From the human T2T-CHM13v2.0 reference genome, Homo sapiens: a stretch of DNA of 64,000 bases. The notes below the pieces were generated by a model that did no database searches, was not told the origin of the DNA, and worked only from the letters and a program-made list of their open reading frames with translations. This document shows, one piece after another, positions 55,400 through 64,000 of the stretch. The stretch lies in assembly GCA_009914755.4 (NCBI GenBank), contig CP068257.2, positions 16,704,001 to 16,768,000 on the forward strand, in the 5' to 3' direction. Both the position numbers and the translations under genes were made by a program. How positions within the stretch are numbered: position 1 is the first letter of the stretch; the number at the start of each line of letters is the position of its first letter.

Positions 55400-57410
55400 T
55401 TTTTGCAACTTTTAATAAGTCTAAAGTGAAGTCAAAAAAAGTATAAAAAATGTTAAAAGTAGTATGTGCTTTGAAAGCCCTAAAGACTCTGCAAAAAGGC
55501 TCCTGAAACTGATAAATGACTTCAGCAAAGTTTCAGGATACAAAATAAATGTACAATGTCAGTTGCATTTCTATACGCTAAATACATTCAAGCTGAGAGC
55601 CAAATCAAGAATTTAATCCCATTGTCAATAGCCATACAAAAGATAAAATACTTAGGAATATCTCTCACCAAGGATATAAAAGAGACCTACAAGGATAACT
55701 ACAAAACACTGCTATAAAAATCAGATAACACAAACAAATGGAAATAATTCCATGCTAATGGATTGGAAGAATCAATGTTGTTAAAATGACCATACTGCCC
55801 AAAGCAACCTACAGATTCAATGCTATTCCTATTAAACTATCAAACTCATTTTTCATAAAATCATAAAAAATGATTCAAAAATTCATATGGAACTAGGAAA
55901 GAGCCAGAATAGTCAAAGCAATCCTAAGCTAAAAGAACAAAGTCAGAGGCATCACATTACGCAACTTCATGCTATACTATAAAGCTATAGTAACTAAAAC
56001 AGCATGGTAGTAGTACAAATACAGATACATAGTCCAATGAAACAGAATAGAGAACCCACAGTAAAGTAAAGCTACACATCTACAGCCATCTAATCTTTAA
56101 CAAAGTTGACAGAAAATAAACAATGAGGAAAGGACTTGCTAGTTAATAAACAGTGCTGGTATATCTGGCTAGCCATATGCAGAAGAATGAAACTGGATCC
56201 CTACCTTTCACCATATACAAAAATTAACGCAAGATAAATTAAAGATTTAAATTAAGACCTCAAACTATAACAATCCTAGAGGAAAAAAGGAAAACATCAT
56301 TCTGGAAATTATGCTTGGCAGAGAATTTAGGACTAAATCCTCAAAAGCAGTTGCAACGAAACCAAAAATTGGCAAGTGGGGCCTAATTAAACTAAAGATC
56401 TTCTGCACTGCAAAATAAACTATCAAGAAAGTCAACATACAACCTATGGAATGGGAGGAAATACTTGCAAACGATGCATCTGACAAGGTCTAATATCCCG
56501 AATCTATAAGGATCTTAAATAATTGCACAAACAAAAAACAAATAAACCCATTAAAAACTGGGCAAAAAACATGAACAAGCACTTGTCAAAAAAAGACATA
56601 CAAGTGGCTAACAAATATTTTAAAAAATACTCATCACCACTAATCACCAGAGAAATGTAAATCAAAACCACAATGAGATACCATCTCATGCTGGTCGGAA
56701 TGGCTATTACCAAAGAATCGAAAAACAACAGATGTTGACAAGGCTGCAGAGAAACAGGAATACTTATACACCGTTGATAGAAATGTAAATTAGTTCAGCC
56801 ACTGTGCAAAGCAGTTTGGCTATTTCTCAAAGAACCTAAAACAGAAATACCATTTGACCCAGCAATCCCATTACTGGGTATATATCAAAAAGAAAATAAG
56901 TCATTCTACCAAACAGACACACGCACTCACATGTTCATCACAGCACAGTTTACAATAGCAAAGTTATGGACTCAACCTAGGTGCCCATCAACGGTGTACT
57001 GGATAAAGAAAATGTGGTACATATGCATTGTGGAATAAGATGCAGCCATAAAAAAGAATGAACTCATGTCCTTTGCAGCAACATGGATGCAGCTAGAGGC
57101 CATTATACTAAGCAAATTAATGCAGGAACAGAAAAAACAAATACCACATGTTCTCAAGCATAAGTGGGAGCTAAACAGCAGGCACTCGTGGACATAAAGA
57201 TGGCAACAATAGACACTGGGGACTACCAGAAGGGGAAAGTGGGAGAGGGGCAAGGGTTGACAAACTAACTTCTGGGTACTATGCTCAGTACCTGGGTGAT
57301 GGGATCATTCATACCCCAAACCTCAATATATGCAATATACCCAGGTAACAAGCCTGCACATGTGCCCCCTGAATCTAAAATAATAGTTTAAAAAGAAAAA
57401 AATAGCAGTA
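55400..57410 (+). mobile_element. L1 LINE of L1PA/L1PB age, 5'-truncated: ORF2 RT C-terminal part through the 3' UTR, about 2 kb. It is antisense to TMPRSS15 in intron 1.
   Basis: Translation gives ...KLINDFSKVSGYKINVQ... and ...[27 protein letters not shown]... ORF2-like frames. The 3' end reads gggatcattcataccccaaacctcaatatatgcaatatacccaggtaacaagcctgcacatgtgccccctgaatctaaaataa. Confidence 0.9.
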
Positions 57411-57894
57411 TGCATTATGATCTCTGATGTATTGGTAAAGCATTAACTCGAATCCCTTTTTATATTTAGCTGTTCACTGTTAAACAGTATTATCACTTAT
57501 AAATATTTATTTTCTCTTTCACTTGTAAAATAACTAACCTTTGTATGTTTATTGAACAACAGGGATTCCAATGGACTTTCAAATGCTTATAGATCCTTCA
57601 AGTTATTCACAGCAATTAAATAAGACCAAAACAGCCATTTTTCTAAAAGTTTAATTCAATCTGTATTGTATTTTAGTACTTTGTATAATTTTATAAAATA
57701 TCCACACTTTCTTTCCCTTTAAAATATAGCCCGTGTGTATGTCTATAGTTTTTAAATAGACCAGGAATTATACTAAAATTATTTAATAAAACTATGGCAT
57801 GTGCATTACATTCTAATTTAAACTTACTTATTTACTAGAATAAAATAGCTAACCCAACAATTGTGAATTTAATAGGTAAAACTAAAATCACTCA

Positions 57895-58239
<345 letters not shown>

Positions 58240-59128
58240 TTAAAAATGTAAAAAATTGTTTTTAAGAGAAAATAAACTGTTAATACGTAGGTTATTGCTA
58301 TGCTTTCAATTTTTTAAATTTACCCTATAAATGAATAAGTGGTAAGATGGACTATAAGTTCCAGAGCGGGATTGTCTAGTTTGGAATCTTACTTCTGCTA
58401 CCCACTAATAATGTGAACTTAAGCAAGTTACTTCTAGTCTCTGTCTCAGATCCCTCATCTGTAAAACGAGCATACCAATAAGCTTTCATATGTTGTAGCT
58501 ACACAATACATTTGAAGGTATTTTAAAAGCTGTTGGTACAAAGTTAGCTCTAACTAAGAGTTATCATTTCTTATGCTTTTTCTGTTTATCGGAGTTGCTA
58601 CTCAGTTTGTGACCTTTTTAAGTCTACATTTATATCCAAGTTATTTTATATTAGTAGAATTAAAATGGTTAGACTGATAAGAGAATGAAGATAGAAATAA
58701 ACAATATTTTCTGTTAACTTTGCATGTTTATCTACTTACATATTCAACAACATGTTAATATGTTTGTGATTTAAATTATATCAAAACAAAATCAGGGGCC
58801 ATGAAATCTACTTGATTATATGTTGAAACCAAGATACTTATTTAACATTATTTATTTTAAAAACTACTCAGTCTCATGCTTAAATTCTGCATTAAGTTTC
58901 AAATTACATACCAATTAATTTTCCTAATATTCTCTGAAGGGAACTACAGAGAAGTACATGAAGGCAACATAAATATTTTGTCATGAAGATTAATTTGAAA
59001 TATTAGATGGAAAGCCCAAAATAATGCATTTAGTTGGCAATGAATAAAATAGACTTACAGAATAACTGACACTAAAGTGTGTACATTCAGCTGAGAGCAC
59101 CTTCACGAGCCAACTCCATGTGACTTAC

Positions 59129-59273
59129 CTCGTTGGGATTCCTTGATTGTCAGGCAGGATACTGCAATTAATCCAGCACAGAGCACTACCAATATGGCAA
59201 AGAGAGCTGCAAACATGATTTCATAGGAGCTGAGAGAATGATGCCTAGAAGATATGCCTCTTTTCGACCCCAT
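59129..59273 (-). CDS. TMPRSS15: TMPRSS15 exon 1 coding part, encoding the cytoplasmic tail and signal-anchor TM helix. ATG is at 59273..59271. The exon ends in phase 1 with donor gtaagtcac.
   Basis: The reverse complement reads atggggtcgaaaagaggcatatcttctaggcatcattctctcagctcctatgaaatcatgtttgcagctctctttgccatattggtagtgctctgtgctggattaattgcagtatcctgcctgacaatcaaggaatcccaacgag|gtaagt. That is 48 codons plus 1 nt, and the hydrophobic stretch FAALFAILVVLCAGLIAVSCL is the TM helix. Confidence 0.93.
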
Positions 59274-59620
59274 TTTTGGTTTTGAAGGCTTGCTAATTTA
59301 AGAACTGAAAGAGAATATAAATAATTCTACCAACTGAAGAGAAAAATCTCTCAAATTTTTAAAGATGTGTAAAGCAACAACCACCTGTCTACATGCATAC
59401 CAGTCAGTGTAAGTGAGTTGTGTATGTCTCTTTGGCAAAATTATGTCTCTATACATTAAGTATCATTAAAAGGGTAGTTAATCTTTAAGAAGATATAAAT
59501 GAGTAAAGATGCCTAGAGTTGTAAATGTTAACTACCTGAACAGGCCATTTGCCAAGGTGAATCAAATTAAATTCATGTTGTAAACAAAAGACATTTTATC
59601 ATTTTGAGAACTATTAAGAA
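59274..59620 (-). promoter_or_regulatory. TMPRSS15: Putative non-CpG core promoter and proximal 5' flank of TMPRSS15. There is a TATA-like tatttatat on the minus strand (+ strand 59313..59325), about 40-50 nt upstream of the ATG. There is an HNF1-like site on the + strand at 59477..59489 (GTTAATcTTTAAg, 11 of 13 matches to GTTAATNATTAAC). An adjacent AGATATAAAT (59491..59500) contains GATA and TATA motifs.
   Basis: Only motif-level inspection. There is no CpG island. This fits a tissue-restricted, duodenum-specific gene, but no transcript or CAGE data were available to me. Confidence 0.3.
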
Positions 59621-62600
59621 AAATGTGAAATTCATGACAGACAAATTAGTCACTAGGCACATGCATCTGATATTCATAGAGAGAGTTCCTAACAGATCAA
59701 CCTTCTACCCTCTGACTCAGATGATTCTTAAGACACTTCTCTTATATGTTGATATAGACCTTCTAAAAATAACTTTTAGGTGCAGATGTATATAAAGCCT
59801 AACATATATATACTCTCTCTGTGTACATATACATATACATGTATTCCTTATGGAAACAATCAAAAGTGTTGCAAACTTTGTTATGTCACCCAGGTGAAGT
59901 TATGCAATGTAAGGCAGTATTACATAAGGGAAAGTACACTTAAACAAGGCGTTCTATGGCTACTCTTTATGGCCTTGTGCAGTTATTAATGAATGGTAGT
60001 ACCTGTCATAAGAGGAATAAAATATGTGTTTCTATTCTAAGAAAATAGTCTGGGTGGGGAAGACATTGCTCACTTGCCCTGGACTTTATCTCTTTAAATA
60101 TGCCAATTAGAACAAGAGAACAGGTTAAGATAATCATAGTTATAGTTGTAGATATATGCTTTATGGAAAAATCAAAGTCATTTTCTGATAATTAAATTAC
60201 GGTTTAGCATTGGGATTATTCACACCATGAATAATGATGAGTTCAGGAACTTTAAAACACAAAAATTAAAACTAAATAAAACCGAATCTATTCTGAAGTA
60301 AACCAATGTGACTTTTATTCTGGTAAATAAAACTGGCAGGAGGTAAGAAAGTTTTAGATTGGAAACCCCTAACACACTGAAATTGTGGCATATTATAATG
60401 GGCTAAGATGAACAGTAGCTGCTTTTCTTCTTCTTTACCCATGAAAGAAGAGAATTGCCTGTTGCCCCCAAACTCAAGAATTTTTGCTGATAAAAATAGA
60501 ATTATGAGTAAACAAATGTATTTCATTGAAAATATTTATATTTTTAGCTAATTGACTTAAATATATATATGAAATATATATATGAAATCAGAGACACCAC
60601 TTATGGACTTGGGAGAAGTTTATTTTATTTATATTCTAGGGGACAATTACAATAGGCCAGACCCTCTGATAAAATTGGAACCTACAAAAAGCGCCTCTTG
60701 AATTTGGAAAGCCAAAGTGAAAGCACAATGACTGTTTTCTTTGTATGGCTAGTGCAGAAGCAAACCCTTTTTAGAATATCATATAGCGCTTTAAGTTACA
60801 TTTCTTTTGACTTTATAGAAGGAAAGCAGAAGACAGTGAGTTCACATGTCTGCTTCAAGCATAGCATGGATTAATGGATAAAATATTAGATTGAAAGCCC
60901 AAAATAATGCATTTAGTTTCAGAAACAAAACTTTCACTTTCGATCACAAATTCTCCTCAAATAATGTTTTAAATAATTATATTTAGTATCAAGCAAATGA
61001 GTGAAAGAATAGCTTTTTTAAAGAAGGCAATAATTTATGGAGGACAGACTGAAATTAAACAAACAGATGAATGTGAAAAATCAAATCACATATCTTGAAA
61101 TTTTTTGAAAAGTTATTAAAATAAAACAGGACTTGCCCTATCAGGTAACAAAACTCGTTACAAAGCTGTGATATAAAGAGAGTGTTGTATCAGTCCCAGC
61201 AAAGAAAACTGTCTCAGCGGAATTAAGTGCCCATAAGTGTGATTTGCATATGGAAACTTCATATATGAAAAACGTAGGGCATTAATAATAGGTTAGAAAA
61301 GAGTGGCTCTTCAATACATAGCGCCGCATTGATTTGTTCTCCATCTTCACATGAAGAACTTCAGATCTTCATCTCACACCGTGAAGAGACATAAATTCCA
61401 GGTGGATTAAGCATATATAAAAAGCACGGAAAAATTTTAGAAGAAAATATAGAAGAATGTCTTTCTAATGATAAGGTATTGAAGGAATTTTTAGAAAAGG
61501 ATTCAAAAATAAAAGGAAAAATCATGAAGAACATTGATAAATTTAGCCAATAGTAACACTGACTTTTCTTTTTTTAAAACAAAGTGTATCTAAAAAATAA
61601 AACCCTAAGCCACAGACTTGTGTTTTTTTCTTTATAATTTTTTTCAAACTGCATATGTTTTCATTCAGCTATGACAGAATTGAACTGAGGCAAAAATTTT
61701 GGTATGAGGTACTTACATTTATTTTAAAGGCAGTCCAGAAAACCTCCATGAGAAGGGCTGGGAAGTGAAGAGATGGAGGGTGATAAAGCCAGTGAAGACT
61801 GGGTGTGATCAAGCCAGTTACCATCATAGGCATCTGGAACATAAGTCTGCTTGGGACCTGCGTGAGACAGTGGGAACGCGTGTCAGAGCTATCCCACTTA
61901 GGGGGAAATAGAGTGGAATATTCATTTGCCAAAAAGCCATGCTCATTGGTTGAGGTTAGCTTCTGGGACGTCAAGTCTGGCACTTCGAGTTACTCTGTGT
62001 GAGTAGAACATCCAGGGAAGCTGACTTCAGTGTGCAGAGATGAATGAGAGGGCCTGTGAGTATAGAATCCTTACAATAGCTGCTATGGCTTACAAATAAA
62101 AAACACTCTTCAGAGATTAAAGAGATTTTCTATTGACTAACAGATAAAAGACAAGTAGCAGGCAATTGACAAAAAGGGCAAAACCAAACAAAAAAGAAAG
62201 AAAACAGGAGCACACAAATGTCTATAGGTGGTCAATGTTAGTAGTAGTTATGGAATTCTAATAAAAATAAAAAACTGACCTTAGACATATAAGCAAAAAT
62301 TAAAAGCCTTAGCAATACTTAGTAGTGTCATTCATCGCTTGTCTGAGTGAAGATTCAAATAATCAAGTTGAATAGCAATTTGGTTAATATCTAGAAAAAC
62401 TAAATGCACACATACAATCTGACCTCCAAATTCTCTTTCCAGTTAAATCTGGGACAAGTAGACAATGAGATAACATTCATTATAATACAATTATAATAAA
62501 ATTGTAAGCCCTACAAAATATAGGGAAAACTTAAGTGTTCATCAATAGGAAAATGAAAAAGTGAAGTGTATTATGTTTATAGAATAAAATGTTATACACA

Positions 62601-63095
62601 AGTTTAAAGTACATGAACTAAAGTTGTATGTACTAAACTAGAAATAATAAAACAAAATTATATGCAAAGAAACAAGTTTAGAGGGTTATATGTGATGTTG
62701 CACAGCCTAAAGTAGAAAAGAAAATCATTTGTTTAGTGATGCAATTCTGTGGATAAGAGTGTACCCGGAAACGATAAATAGAAAATCCGTATGATGGTTA
62801 CTTCTGAGGAGAAAAGGGGTTGGTTAATATAGAAATAGAACAACAAGGTGTATTTGTATTGCATTACTTCTGTTAAAATATTTGAAATACATTAATGAAC
62901 CACATAAACTTTGACACAGTTAGAGGAGTAGGACATGTGAGTTAATATTCTGCATTTTTAAAAAAATAGATCAAAAGTTAAAGGGGAGACATAAGATTGA
63001 AGTCTCTGTGGTATTATTAATAATTTTCATCTTACCAAATAATTATTAAAATTGAAAGAAACTTTATGTGCTAAACTTTCTTTTTCTTTTTTTCT

Positions 63096-63335
63096 TTTCT
63101 TTTTTTTTTTTTTTTTTGAGACAGTCTCATTCTGTCACCCAGGGTGGAGTGCAGTGACATGATCTTGGTTTACTACTAACTCTGCTTCCTGGGCTCAAGC
63201 AATCCTCCCACCTCAGCCTCCTGAGTATATGGGGCTAAAGGTGTGTGCCATCATGCCCAGATAATTTTCTCTTCCCCCGCTTTTTTCTTTTTGTAGAAAT
63301 GAGGTCTCACTTCGTTGTCCAGGCTGGACTTGAAG
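63096..63335 (-). mobile_element. Old, truncated Alu (AluJ-like) in reverse orientation.
   Basis: Reads tttttgagacagtctcattctgtcacccagggtggagtgcagtgacatgatcttgg...cctcagcctcctgagtat...gaaatgaggtctcacttcgttgtccaggctgg. Confidence 0.75.
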
Positions 63336-64000
63336 GAGCTTTTCTATTGTGAAAAGTGTAGAAGTTACAAAAATGTCCCCATTAGCCAAGTCACTGAATG
63401 CCCATAGGAGAATAAGATAATTATTTTAAACATATACTTGAGACATTTAACCGTATAAGATAAAACGCTTTATGTGAAGTGGAAACAAATGAATACATAT
63501 TTGGGATGGCAAATAAAGAGAATATACAGCTCTAGATAGGGAAGATCACTAACTTAAAGAAAATTTCAGTGAGTAAATTGTTGTGTACCATTTTGGTAAT
63601 AGGAATGACATATTCTGGTTAGGTGAATAATGAAGTAGAAAGAGACTTGAGGATAGTTGGGTATGGAGTGGGTGTAGCCAATGCTTTAGTTTTTGAGACT
63701 CCTAAAGGTGGATTATAATTATTTTTGCCTAGGGCAAATAAAAGGGTAAGAATAGAACAGAGAAGAAAATTAAGAGTCTGATAAGCTCTTGATAATGTTA
63801 TAGAAGCAAACAGACCATGTGCACAACATATAGTGTTCATTTGTTCACAAATAAGTGGTTTTATACTCTGACTGTATGAAGTAGCAGTAGAAATTGCAGA
63901 GTTCCTAAAGATTAAAGCCATGAACACTTCTGTGAAATTTCATTCACTGTTCAACACAAGATGAGAAAACCCAAACAGCTTTCACCTTTAAATAATTTTG

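Noticed and set aside
61669-61983. 104-aa minus-strand ORF in the 5' flanking region
   Set aside because: There is no recognisable domain, no splice context and ordinary composition. It is most likely chance, and I cannot support it as a gene.

Overview
This window is primate, almost certainly human, nuclear DNA. It is AT-rich (roughly 35% GC by eye) and full of Alu, L1, MaLR (THE1-class LTR retrotransposon), MIR and Tigger-type repeats and microsatellites. I find no prokaryotic or phage features: no CRISPR, no operons, no rRNA or tRNA genes, and nothing I can support as a novel biological system. The main content is the 5' half of the enteropeptidase gene TMPRSS15 (transmembrane serine protease 15) on the minus strand; it lies in chr21q21 in human. 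I located ten coding exons by reverse-complement translation. All have canonical AG/GT splice sites and consistent codon phases. Spliced together they reproduce the N-terminal ~430 residues of enteropeptidase (signal-anchor TM, SEA, the 36-nt linker micro-exon, LDLa, CUB1, N-terminal MAM). The start codon is at 59273..59271. Transcription runs toward lower coordinates and the gene continues past position 1. The region 59274..64000 is 5' flanking sequence. I did not find the next MAM exon in 1..8557, so intron 10 is at least 8.5 kb. Everything else is interspersed repeats and simple repeats. The most interesting items are a (CA)26 tract 53 nt from the exon 6 donor, a near-perfect 55-bp x5 minisatellite 209 nt from the exon 4 donor, a young AluYa5 with intact target-site duplication (TSD), a full-length THE1-class MaLR in sense orientation in intron 3, two ~250-300 bp polypurine/polypyrimidine tracts on opposite strands, and an unclassified ~300-bp direct-repeat pair. 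The long ORFs in the supplied track are artefacts of Alu, L1 or MaLR sequence or of low-complexity repeats. The one exception is 39260..39511(-), which contains the real SEA exon.
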